From Polyangiales bacterium (lineage in GTDB: Bacteria; Myxococcota_A; Polyangia; Polyangiales; Ga0077539), in assembly GCA_044229975.1 (NCBI GenBank), contig JBGARZ010000006.1, positions 416,001 through 480,000 of the forward strand: a stretch of DNA of 64,000 nt, given 5' to 3'. Below the pieces are notes generated by a model. It saw nothing but the letters and a program-made list of their open reading frames with translations. It did not search any database and had not been told where the DNA came from. Below are positions 48,779-57,987 of the stretch, piece by piece (within the stretch, counting starts at the first letter, position 1; each line of letters begins with the position of its first letter). The translations under genes and the position numbers were made by a program.

Positions 48779-50494
48779 TCAGAGATTTTCGGTGGAGGGT
48801 GACCACGCATAGACGGGCGCAGGCGCGGGGGCCGACGCGGCGTGGCCGAGGGCGTGACGGAGGCGGGTGAGCAGGGGATTGAGGCTGCGCGCGTCGCGGG
48901 CGTCGATGGCCACGCCGTGCCCCGCGCGGGCGAGCGTAGCGGCTACCCCGAGCGGCGCGAGGTCGCTCTTGTTGAACACCTTGATGCGCGGCAGGTGGTG
49001 CAGATCGAGCGCCTTGAGCAGCGACTCGGTGGTCTCGATGTGGTCTTCGTAGCGGGCGTCGGAGGCGTCGATGACGTGGAGCAGCACGTCCGCCTCGGCG
49101 GCCTCCTCGAAGGTCGCGCGGAAGGCGGCGACGAGGTCCTTCGGCAGATCGCGGATGAAGCCCACCGTGTCGGTGAGGATCATCTCCGTCGGCATCCCAT
49201 CGCCCTCCTTCACGCCGTGGTCGGCGTTGAAGGTGAGGCGCCGCGAGCGCGGATCGAGCGTCGCGAAGAGCTTGTCCTCGGCGATCACCCCCGCACCCGT
49301 CAGCGTGTTGAGCAGGGTGCTCTTACCCGCGTTGGTATAACCGACCAGCGCGGCGACCCGCAGGCCCGACTTCGCGCGGCGCTGACGGCGCTGGCGACGC
49401 TGACCGGAGAGTTCCTTGAGCTGCGATTCGAGGTGGGCGATGCGGTCGCGGGCGCGGCGGCCGGCGATCTCCAGCTTGGTCTCGCCAGGGCCTCGTCCAC
49501 CGATGCCACCTGACAAGCGCGAGAGGGCGTCGTCCTTCTGGCCGAGGCGCGGCAGCATGTACTTGAGCTGCGCGAGCTCGACCTGGAGCTTGCCGTCTCT
49601 CGTCTCGGCGCGTTGGGCGAAGATGTCGAGGATGAGCTGCGTTCGGTCGATGACCTTGAGGTCGGTGACCGCCGAGATGGACGTAACCTGCGAGGGCGCG
49701 AGGTCGCGGTCGAAGATGAGCACATCCGCGTCGCGCTGGAGCGCGCGAAGCATCACCTCGTCGAGCTTGCCCTTGCCGAGCACGAAGCGCGGGTCGACCT
49801 GATCGCGCACCTGGGCGACCTCGTCGACGACGACCACGCCCGCGGTGCGAGCCAGTTCACGCAGCTCGCGCAGGGAGTCCTCGATGAAGTGCGCCTTGCG
49901 CTTGTCGGTGACGTGCACGAGCACCGCGCGGCCGTCGTGGTGCACGGCCTTGCGCGAGCGGGCGAGGCGGTTGAACTCCTCCTCCACCGAGCGAATCATC
50001 GCGAGGAAATCGGTGTCGAGCGTGCGATGCAGGGAGGTCGGGCCCTCCTCGCGCCACATCTTGTTGGCGTGGTTTTCGGGGAGGAGGTGCGCCCAGAAGA
50101 CATCCCCGACGGTCGCGTCGGGCTTCGCGTGGATGGCAGCCACGAGGTCGAAGCGCAGGCGCGTGAGGTCGACGAGGTCGTCGTGCGTCAACGGCTCTCC
50201 GCGCAGGTGCGTGTGCACGAGGCGCAGTCCGCGAAACCGCCCGTCCGCCGCGCGGAGGCGGCCCACGTCGGGGAGCATGAGCTTGTGCGCATCACCGACG
50301 ATGACGTGCTCCACCGCGCCGCTGCGATGCACCAGCACGCCCACCTGCCGCCCGGTGGCGACGGATGCTTCGACGAGGGACTTCGCGAGTTCGGGGGAGA
50401 GGATGCGGTCCGAAGGGACGCGCCGACGGTAGATGCGCTCGAGCGCGCTCTTGTCACTGGGGGAGAGGCCCGTGGTGTTGCCGTAGATCTCGAT
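48779..50494 (-). CDS. hflX: GTPase HflX, long form; probable ATC start codon
   Basis: GYTNAGKST, DKLFATLD, DTVGF, NKSD, IFAQRAETRDGKLQVELAQL; AGGAGGT 8 nt upstream of ATC. Confidence 0.92.
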   Translation of the reverse strand: MEIYGNTTGLSPSDKSALERIYRRRVPSDRILSPELAKSLVEASVATGRQVGVLVHRSGAVEHVIVGDAHKLMLPDVGRLRAADGRFRGLRLVHTHLRGEPLTHDDLVDLTRLRFDLVAAIHAKPDATVGDVFWAHLLPENHANKMWREEGPTSLHRTLDTDFLAMIRSVEEEFNRLARSRKAVHHDGRAVLVHVTDKRKAHFIEDSLRELRELARTAGVVVVDEVAQVRDQVDPRFVLGKGKLDEVMLRALQRDADVLIFDRDLAPSQVTSISAVTDLKVIDRTQLILDIFAQRAETRDGKLQVELAQLKYMLPRLGQKDDALSRLSGGIGGRGPGETKLEIAGRRARDRIAHLESQLKELSGQRRQRRQRRAKSGLRVAALVGYTNAGKSTLLNTLTGAGVIAEDKLFATLDPRSRRLTFNADHGVKEGDGMPTEMILTDTVGFIRDLPKDLVAAFRATFEEAAEADVLLHVIDASDARYEDHIETTESLLKALDLHHLPRIKVFNKSDLAPLGVAATLARAGHGVAIDARDARSLNPLLTRLRHALGHAASAPAPAPVYAWSPSTENL

Positions 50495-50502
50495 GGTCGA
50501 TG

Positions 50503-50509
50503 ACCTCCT
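50503..50509 (-). promoter_or_regulatory. Shine-Dalgarno AGGAGGT upstream of hflX
   Basis: Minus strand CAGGAGGTCATCGACC-ATC GAG ATC TAC GGC AAC. Confidence 0.75.
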
Positions 50510-50598
50510 GTGGGGAACGCCGCAGTCGACGGGCAGTATGCGCCCATCCTGCGGACTCTCCCAGGGACTTGCCAGTGGGGGTGACGGTGGACGTGCGG

Positions 50599-52299
50599 TC
50601 AGCCGTCGACGACCAGCCGACGGCCGATCACCGTCTCGTTGCCATCGGCGTCGCGCGCGACGACCTCGACGAGGTGCGTGCAGCCATCGCGCGTCGGCAG
50701 CGTGACGTCGCCGTCGAAGCCCGCGGCGGCGGGGCAGCCCGCGTAGTTGGGGTACACCGCGCACACGTCGGGACGCGCCGTGGAGCGCGGGAGCGTGGCG
50801 GCGACGGCGCCGTCGACGCGCACGACCACGGAGGCGAGCGCGGCGTTGTCGAGGGCCCAGCCGTTGACGTGGAAGCGACCGTCGGTGGCGCGCGCGGTGG
50901 CACCGGCGGCGGGCCCGTCGACGGTGCCGAAGGGGGCGCGTTGGCGGGTGACGACGTCGTTCATGAGAGAGCGGACGGTGTCGAAGCTGCCGAGGGCGAG
51001 GTACGAGCGGCCGCGCACGGTGGCGCCGGCGTTGAGGCCGAAGGACTGCCGCGGGCGGACGTTGTGGAAGTAGGGCGCGCCGCTGCCGCTGCCTTCCCAG
51101 GCTTGATAGTCCTGACCGGCGTGGTCCATGGCCATCGCGACGCCGTAGTCGCGGGCGCGATGCTGCCAGGTGACCCACGGTCCGGCGCTGCGGAAGTTGG
51201 CGTAGACGAATCCGTCGTTGGCGGGCGTCGACGCGACGATGGCAGCGCCCGCGGAGTCGAGGAGCAGCGGGAGGTCGGTGGAGGCGCCGCCGTGGCCGAC
51301 GTAGAGCGTGGGGAATTCCTGCTCGGTGGGCAGGTGCGAGATGGCTTCGCCCGAGGTGAGCTCCATCGCGACCTCGACGACGTTGGAGTGCACAAAGCGG
51401 AACGCCAGCGTGTACGTGACCTCGACCTCGACGGCGGCCGCGGGGCAGGCGGAGCGGCGGCAGTCGGGGGCGTTCCAGTCGGGGTTCCATTGGGTGGGGC
51501 GGACGGCGACGACCATGCGGTCACCCTCGACGCCGCTGCGCAGAACGCGCGCTCCGTGGTTGCACTCGTCGCCGCCCTGCACCGGGTCCCACCCGAGGAA
51601 GGTGATGGAGTTGCCGCAAGGGTTGACGCCCATGCACGACGCGTCGTGGGCGCATCCCTGGAAGGTGCGCTGCGGGTCGTAGAGGGCGATCTGGAGCTCG
51701 CGGCCCGTGTCGTTGGCGTCGATGGTGTTGGACGAGGCAACACCCTGCTGGCCGAAGAAGACGACGGAGCCGCCCCAGTCGAGGCGCACGGCGATCTCGG
51801 CGACGCCAGAGGGGCCGACGAGGTAGAGGTCGCGGTGGCCGCCGGTGGTGACCATGCGGGTGGTGGGGGTTCCGACGGTGGGGAGGCCGGTGGCGGCCCA
51901 CGGGTCGGGGTCGGCGGGCGGCGCAGGGAGCGTCGGACAGACGGGCGCAGGAGGGACGTCGGGCACATCGACGGGCGGCGGTGGGACGTCGACGGGTGCA
52001 GGCGGCGTGTCGATGGGAGCAGGGACGTCGATGGGCGGCGGTGGGGTGTCGATGGGGGCTGGGACGTCGATGGCGATGGGGATGTCGCGTGAGCCGCTGT
52101 CGACGGAGGGGCGGTCGACGGCGACGTCGATGAAGCCGGCATCGGGAGCGCCGAGGTCGCTCGGAGGCGTGACGATGTCGTCGGTGGAGCTGCTCTTGTC
52201 ATCGACGGTGGCGGCGTCTTCGGTGGGCGCGTTGGTGGAACCCTCGGCGCAGCCCATCGCCACCATCGCCAACAGGCACCAGTGTGTTGCGTGCTTCAC
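50599..52299 (-). CDS. Lipoprotein with Pro/Asp stalk, unknown beta domain and C-terminal Ig-like domain
   Basis: Lipobox AMGC; IDVPAP repeats; GWALD...RPDV...GF Ig-like end. Confidence 0.75.
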   Translation of the reverse strand: MKHATHWCLLAMVAMGCAEGSTNAPTEDAATVDDKSSSTDDIVTPPSDLGAPDAGFIDVAVDRPSVDSGSRDIPIAIDVPAPIDTPPPPIDVPAPIDTPPAPVDVPPPPVDVPDVPPAPVCPTLPAPPADPDPWAATGLPTVGTPTTRMVTTGGHRDLYLVGPSGVAEIAVRLDWGGSVVFFGQQGVASSNTIDANDTGRELQIALYDPQRTFQGCAHDASCMGVNPCGNSITFLGWDPVQGGDECNHGARVLRSGVEGDRMVVAVRPTQWNPDWNAPDCRRSACPAAAVEVEVTYTLAFRFVHSNVVEVAMELTSGEAISHLPTEQEFPTLYVGHGGASTDLPLLLDSAGAAIVASTPANDGFVYANFRSAGPWVTWQHRARDYGVAMAMDHAGQDYQAWEGSGSGAPYFHNVRPRQSFGLNAGATVRGRSYLALGSFDTVRSLMNDVVTRQRAPFGTVDGPAAGATARATDGRFHVNGWALDNAALASVVVRVDGAVAATLPRSTARPDVCAVYPNYAGCPAAAGFDGDVTLPTRDGCTHLVEVVARDADGNETVIGRRLVVDG

Positions 52300-52409
52300 G
52301 GCGCGGAGTCTCGCACACCGCCGCGCCCGCCCTCGACGAAGCGCCACGGACGTTGACCCGATGCGTACCTACCCGAAGGAACCGGACCGCCCACGCCCGC
52401 AGTGACGGG

Positions 52410-53765
52410 TCAGCGCACCACGCGGCGGTAGTAGATGCCGCCGTCGGGCTTGCGGTAGGCGACGTGGACGCTCGTCGCGTCGGTGACGGCGCTACAGAAG
52501 AGCCCCGCGTCGACCTCGCCGTCGATGCTGCGTTCGGTGGAGGTTCCGTCGGGGCGGACGAGGATGAGCCGCAGCTCGGTGGCCGTGACGGGCATGCCGA
52601 CGCCCGCGTAGACGAAGAGCGCGACGGCGCCGTCGGCGAAGGCCGCGGCGCACCAGTTGTCGGCGGCGTACCGAACGGGTCCGACGGTGTTCATCGTCCA
52701 CATGGGTGAGCCTTGGCGGAAGATGCGGTAGCGCGTGGTGTCGCCGAAGCGCCCGGAGGCATCGGCGGTGATGGCGATGTAGCCCGCGGAGACGCGCAGG
52801 AGGTCGGCGCCCCACACCTCCGTGAGCGACGAGCCGAGGTCGGGGAAGGAGCCGATGGCGGTGGTGGTGACGGAGGTTCCGGTGCGCGCGGTGTAGTGGG
52901 CGATGGTGGAGGGGGCGGACTCGTCGGCCACGGTGAAGAGCGACAGCGGTGAGTCGCCATGGACGGCCGCGGCGATGCGCCCGATGGCGATGCCGAAGGA
53001 GGAGCCCGCGATGCGCGGCGCGATCTCCTCGTCGACGACGGTGGAGCCTTCGAGCGCGAGGTGGCGCACGCGCGACGCGACGCCGGTGGCGGTGGTGAGG
53101 GGAATGACGACGTGCACGGCGCCCGCGGCGGTGACGTGGACGTCGGGGCGCACGGCGGTGTTGTGGTTGACCGAGTGGTCGCCGAGGAGGCGGGGCGTCC
53201 AGGTGGTGGCGGTGGCGGTCGAGGCGAAGACGCGGAAGCCGTAGCCCACGCCGGAGCGGGACACGTACTGCGTGTAGCCGAGGTGACGAGCGCCCGCGGC
53301 GTCGATGGCGTACCCGATGCGCGAGACGGCCGAGGGGAGCGTGTCGGCGGTCTCGTGGGTCCACGAGGAGCCGGAGCGGGTGGAGACGACGACGAGCGTG
53401 GGGCCGCCGCCGTTGGTTCCGTAGGCGATGGTGGGGTTGCCGGCGCGGTCGAGGGTGATGGCGGTGGTTCCGCCCATGGCGGCGGAGACGCGCTCGGCGC
53501 CGGTGACGGGGACGTCGGGCGGCGCGACGACGTCGGGCACGTCGACGGATGGGCGGTCGAGCGCCGCGGGCACGTCAACGGGAGGAATGTCGGCAGTGGG
53601 AACATCGATGGCGGCGGGGACATCGATGACGGGGCGGTCGATGACGGGAGGGACATCGACAGTGGGGACGTCGGCGCGGCCTGCGTCGACGGGCGCGATG
53701 GGGTCTTCGCTGCAACCGGCCGCGAGGGGCAACGACAGGACAACGACGGCGAGGTGAGCGCGCAT
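52410..53765 (-). CDS. Lipoprotein with DVP stalk and beta-propeller-like repeats
   Basis: Lipobox AAGC; LDRAGNPTIAY, IDAAGARHLGY, GAVHVV blades. Confidence 0.75.
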   Translation of the reverse strand: MRAHLAVVVLSLPLAAGCSEDPIAPVDAGRADVPTVDVPPVIDRPVIDVPAAIDVPTADIPPVDVPAALDRPSVDVPDVVAPPDVPVTGAERVSAAMGGTTAITLDRAGNPTIAYGTNGGGPTLVVVSTRSGSSWTHETADTLPSAVSRIGYAIDAAGARHLGYTQYVSRSGVGYGFRVFASTATATTWTPRLLGDHSVNHNTAVRPDVHVTAAGAVHVVIPLTTATGVASRVRHLALEGSTVVDEEIAPRIAGSSFGIAIGRIAAAVHGDSPLSLFTVADESAPSTIAHYTARTGTSVTTTAIGSFPDLGSSLTEVWGADLLRVSAGYIAITADASGRFGDTTRYRIFRQGSPMWTMNTVGPVRYAADNWCAAAFADGAVALFVYAGVGMPVTATELRLILVRPDGTSTERSIDGEVDAGLFCSAVTDATSVHVAYRKPDGGIYYRRVVR

Positions 53766-53882
53766 CGCGGCGCCATAGAACGGACGGGCGTGGGCGACAA
53801 GGAAGGGAGGCGCGCAGGCGATGGGATGGGGCGTCGCGCCGACGGGTTGCTCCGGCGATGGCGTCACAGGTAGAACGACCCC

Positions 53883-55019
53883 GTGGCCATCACGCTGTTC
53901 GCGAAGAACTTCAAGGCGCTCCGCGACGCGAGGCTCACCGTTGAACCGGGTCTGTCGGCGCTGGTCGGTCCGAACGGCGCGGGCAAGACCACGCTACTGC
54001 AATTAGGCAGCGTGCTCGCCACGGCCGCCGGACCGGACGGGCCTGCCGCAGGAATCGAACGCCACGTCGGGATACGCGACCTGAAGCACCTCGACGCGTC
54101 CAAGGAAGAGCCGATCGTCATTGGCTTCGAGGACGACCAGGGATACCGCTGGAGCTTCGAGCCAGCGCCCGCTGGCAACGGACTCTCACCGTACCCAGCC
54201 GAGACCTTGCGAGTGCCCGACGAGGTCGCCTTCAAGGACATCAACGGCTTCAAGACTGGCGGGGGCGAGACTGCATTTGCGTGGGGAAACACACTGATCA
54301 ACCGGGACGACCGAAGCGCTCTGCGACAACTGTTCGACCGTGACCCCTTGAGCCAGGACATTGTCGCAACGCTGATCGAGCGGTTGGAAGGCTACCGTCT
54401 CTACATGGACTATGGACTGAGCCGTCTCCGCCTGAACGGCTCTCCGGGTTCAGGTCGCGTGCACCTCTCGCAAGACGGCGGCAATGCATTCTCGGTGCTG
54501 CGAAACTGGCGTGACAAGAGCGCCATGCGCCCGCGGTGGGACCTCGTGCTCACCGGCCTGCGTGAGTGCTTCGACTGGTTCGACGGCCTCGACTTCGAGA
54601 GCACGGCGCAGATCGTGAGCGCCCAGCTCGTACTGCGCGGCCGCAACAACCAGACGGTCTCGGTCGCTTCGGCGGCGAACGGATGGTTCGTCGCGATGCT
54701 CCACCTGTGCGCGGTCGCGTCGGCGGACGACGGTCAGACGGTGGCGATCGACGAGTTCGAGGACGCGCTGCACCCCTTCGCCATCAACCGCCTGCTCGAC
54801 ATCCTCGATGACTACCTGCGCGGCCGCTCCATCAGCGTGCTGCTCTCGACCCACTCCCCCACGGTGCTCGACTGGTTCGAGGCCCGACCCGACCGTGTGC
54901 TCGTGCTCCCGGGCGACGGCACCTCCCCGCGACGTTTGACCGACCTGCGAGACCGCGAATGGCTCACGCACTTCCGCCTGGGGCAGCTCTTCCAGACCGA
55001 AGGCTTCGCGGGTGCGTGA
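53883..55019 (+). CDS. ABC-type AAA_21/AbiEii-like ATPase
   Basis: KNFKAL, VGPNGAGKTT, IDEFEDALHP, STHSP, WLTHFRLGQLF. Confidence 0.88.
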   Translation: MAITLFAKNFKALRDARLTVEPGLSALVGPNGAGKTTLLQLGSVLATAAGPDGPAAGIERHVGIRDLKHLDASKEEPIVIGFEDDQGYRWSFEPAPAGNGLSPYPAETLRVPDEVAFKDINGFKTGGGETAFAWGNTLINRDDRSALRQLFDRDPLSQDIVATLIERLEGYRLYMDYGLSRLRLNGSPGSGRVHLSQDGGNAFSVLRNWRDKSAMRPRWDLVLTGLRECFDWFDGLDFESTAQIVSAQLVLRGRNNQTVSVASAANGWFVAMLHLCAVASADDGQTVAIDEFEDALHPFAINRLLDILDDYLRGRSISVLLSTHSPTVLDWFEARPDRVLVLPGDGTSPRRLTDLRDREWLTHFRLGQLFQTEGFAGA

Positions 55020-55977
55020 GCGACGCACCACGATCCAGCTCGTGGTGACTGGTGACCTGGAAGAGTTCCTCCCCACGGTCCTGGGTCGCCTGTTTCCCGA
55101 GGCGGATTTCCCGCCCGTACAGCGGGCCCTGTCGTTCACGGCGACACTGATCGGCCCGCCGCCTCCTCTCCCGCCGGGTTCGCTCCCAGACGCGCTGAAG
55201 GGCTTCGAGCTGATGAGCCGCACCCTCGCTGCCATCGATCCTGGCGCGCACGGCAACCCGGCGGACTACGCCATCGCCATCGACGACGTCGAGGTCGAGA
55301 ACCGCGGCAATGAGTCAGCGATCGTCGATCATGTGCGCTTCCTCCTGGGACACTTGATCGAGCGCGGCCCGCACGACCGCAGGAACAACCCCCTCGTCTC
55401 GACGCGGCCAGACGAACCCGACCGCGGCATCTACCGGCCGCTCAAGACGCCCCAACGGCGGCGCGACGCGCTCCGGGAGCGTTGCTCGTTCCATCTCATG
55501 GCCCCGATGATCGAAGCCCCCTTCTTCGCTGACTTCGCCACGGTGCGAAGCGGGCTCGGGCCGCGTCAGGTCCGCGCGCCAGACTTTGATCCCAGCACGC
55601 AGGACTGCGAACAGTTCGTGACGGGCGACCCCGGCTACCTCGCACCGCCCGACAATTGGAAGGCACCCGGAGCGACCTTCGCCGCGCAGTGGGCGCGCGC
55701 GAACCGGCAGCATCACCCGAAGCACTACCTCGAATATCTGCTCGACCCGGGCGGCATCGAACGCAGGCCATATCGCGAGAAGGTCGACGGTCTGTCCGTC
55801 CTCTCTCAGCTCAACTGGGACACGGTCTTCTCGGTCCCATCCCACGCCACGCTTCTGCGCTCGCTCATCGATGACGTCGCGAGCATGTGCGGCGTGCCTC
55901 CGCCCCGATGGGCCGTCGGAGACCTCCATCCGCTGACCCAGGTTCGTAAAGGCGGCCTTCTGCGCAACATCGCCTGA
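55012..55977 (+). CDS. DUF4276/TOPRIM-like partner of the ATPase (putative nuclease)
   Basis: LVVTGDLE, AIDDVE, PMIEAPFFAD; 8-nt overlap with ATPase. Confidence 0.6.
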   Translation: MRERRTTIQLVVTGDLEEFLPTVLGRLFPEADFPPVQRALSFTATLIGPPPPLPPGSLPDALKGFELMSRTLAAIDPGAHGNPADYAIAIDDVEVENRGNESAIVDHVRFLLGHLIERGPHDRRNNPLVSTRPDEPDRGIYRPLKTPQRRRDALRERCSFHLMAPMIEAPFFADFATVRSGLGPRQVRAPDFDPSTQDCEQFVTGDPGYLAPPDNWKAPGATFAAQWARANRQHHPKHYLEYLLDPGGIERRPYREKVDGLSVLSQLNWDTVFSVPSHATLLRSLIDDVASMCGVPPPRWAVGDLHPLTQVRKGGLLRNIA

Positions 55978-56010
55978 CCCGACGCGTCGTGGGTGCTGCG
56001 CCCGTCGCCG

Positions 56011-57957
56011 TCACGGGATGCGCCAGCAGTACAGAGCACCGCGCTCGGTGCCCACGAGCACGCGCGACTCGTCGGGCGACAGCGCGAGCGACGTGACCTC
56101 GTCGGCGCACGGGAGCGCGGTCCGGAACATCACACCCTCCGCCGAGAGAAACCTCGGACCGGCCCCCTCACTCAGGATCCACTCTGGTCCCATGGCGTCG
56201 AGGTCCCACGACCACAGCTTGTCGTAGGCGAGCGCGGCGACCACGCGACGTCGGCCCAAGGCGAGGTGCCGGGTCACGCGAGGCGGCCCGATCTTCACCG
56301 AGCGGAGGCACTCACCCGACGGAAACGCGCGCACCGAGAAGCGAGGCGTCGTCTCGTCGTGCATCCAGATCATCGCCGCGCAGTCCGGAGAGAGCACGAT
56401 GCGCGAGCGCGAACGCGCGACACGAAACTCGCTGAACGCATCGTAGTCGCCGGACTCCGATCGCCCTCCGTGTGCCATCTGCCACCAGCGCAACGTCGGC
56501 TCTTCGGCCTGCGGGGGTGAGTGGAGCGCGGCGATCCCGGCCGCGGGCGTGTAGCGCAGCTCGTCGCACGCGACCTCGACGGGGCGACCGTCCATCCGCA
56601 GCGACCACGAGGCGACGTCGACCTCATACACGGGGCCGCGGACCTCGCCGCCCAGCACGCACAGCGAGTCGCCGTCGGGCGCGACGCGCATGCCTCCGAC
56701 GCGCACCGGGTCGACCTCCGACGGGAGTTGCAACGAGGCGACCTCCAGGCCGCGCGAGAGGTCCCACGCCTTCACGACGCCGCGAGCCGACGAGCTGTAC
56801 AGCCTCGCCCGGTCGGGCGCGAAGCCGACGGCGTGCACCGGGTCGTCGTGACCTTCGAGGTGCCACAGCAGGCGGCCGTCGTCGGCGCTCCAGACGCGCA
56901 CCCCGTCGACGCTTCCGCTCGCGACGAGGGCGCCGTCGATGGACCACGCGACGCCGCGCACCGGACCATCGTGCGCGACAAAGAACGACCGCTCCCCGGA
57001 GGCTGCGTCGAAGCCCTGCAACGCATGCCCCTGGAGGAGCAACGCGCGGCGGCCGTCGCGCGACGGGACGGTTCGTCGGCTGTCGGGAGCGACGACGGAC
57101 CGCGGGGGCGATCCGTCGGCGCGAACGCATGTCAGCCCGGAGTCGTGGACGAGGACCTCACCGGCGACCTGACCGGTGAACAGTCCGCGCACCCGCCCCC
57201 GCGTCGCCACCGGCGTGACCGTGGCATGGGGCGCGAGGGCACAACGGTACAGACCCCCGCCGCTCTCCGCGAGCCAGAGGTGTTGCTCGTCCGCGTCGAA
57301 GGCCAGCGCGTTCCACGTCGAGTGTGTCGGCAGCTCGATCGAGGCTGCGTCGTCTCCGCGCAACGACGGCTCGATCACCAGCATCCGTCTGCCCGCCCGC
57401 CAGGCGATGTAGGCGACGCGGCGTCCGTCCGGCGACAGCGCGACGCCGCGCTGTCCGTACGGCGACAGCGTGGCGACGCGTTGTGCGTCGAGGTTGCGCC
57501 CCTCCGCCTTGCCGAGGGACGCACGCTCCCACACGCGGACCTCGCGCGTCGTGGCGACAAGGATGCGCTCGCCCGCGACCTCGATACCCAGGACTTCCCC
57601 GCTGACCACCAGGAGAAGCGTCAACCGCGCCGACGACCCACAGACGTCGAGGAGCACCACCTGCCCTTCGGAGGTTCCGATCAGAGCGGTGCCATCGTCC
57701 AGCGATGTCGCGACGATGAGCATCGGGCGCCGCGACCAGGGTCGACGCACGATCCCAGCGCCATCGACCTCCTCGTCGCGGCGGCGGAGCCCGGTCGCCA
57801 GCTCGATCTCGACGTAGCGGACGACGTTTCCCCCCGCGAGGCAGTGCACCACCGCGCGGTCGTCCGAGAACCAGAACACCGCGTCGAGCGACGGCGTGAT
57901 CCCGTCCTCCCGACACCACGCGAGCTCCCATCCGTCCACGGCGCGCGACCGTATCAC
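56011..57957 (-). CDS. WD40-repeat protein
   Basis: HDGPVRGVAWSIDGALVASGS, LEGHDDPVHAVGFAPD, VKAWD. Confidence 0.85.
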   Translation of the reverse strand: MIRSRAVDGWELAWCREDGITPSLDAVFWFSDDRAVVHCLAGGNVVRYVEIELATGLRRRDEEVDGAGIVRRPWSRRPMLIVATSLDDGTALIGTSEGQVVLLDVCGSSARLTLLLVVSGEVLGIEVAGERILVATTREVRVWERASLGKAEGRNLDAQRVATLSPYGQRGVALSPDGRRVAYIAWRAGRRMLVIEPSLRGDDAASIELPTHSTWNALAFDADEQHLWLAESGGGLYRCALAPHATVTPVATRGRVRGLFTGQVAGEVLVHDSGLTCVRADGSPPRSVVAPDSRRTVPSRDGRRALLLQGHALQGFDAASGERSFFVAHDGPVRGVAWSIDGALVASGSVDGVRVWSADDGRLLWHLEGHDDPVHAVGFAPDRARLYSSSARGVVKAWDLSRGLEVASLQLPSEVDPVRVGGMRVAPDGDSLCVLGGEVRGPVYEVDVASWSLRMDGRPVEVACDELRYTPAAGIAALHSPPQAEEPTLRWWQMAHGGRSESGDYDAFSEFRVARSRSRIVLSPDCAAMIWMHDETTPRFSVRAFPSGECLRSVKIGPPRVTRHLALGRRRVVAALAYDKLWSWDLDAMGPEWILSEGAGPRFLSAEGVMFRTALPCADEVTSLALSPDESRVLVGTERGALYCWRIP

Positions 57958-57987
57958 CGCCCGTCGCCCGCGATACCATCGCCGCCG

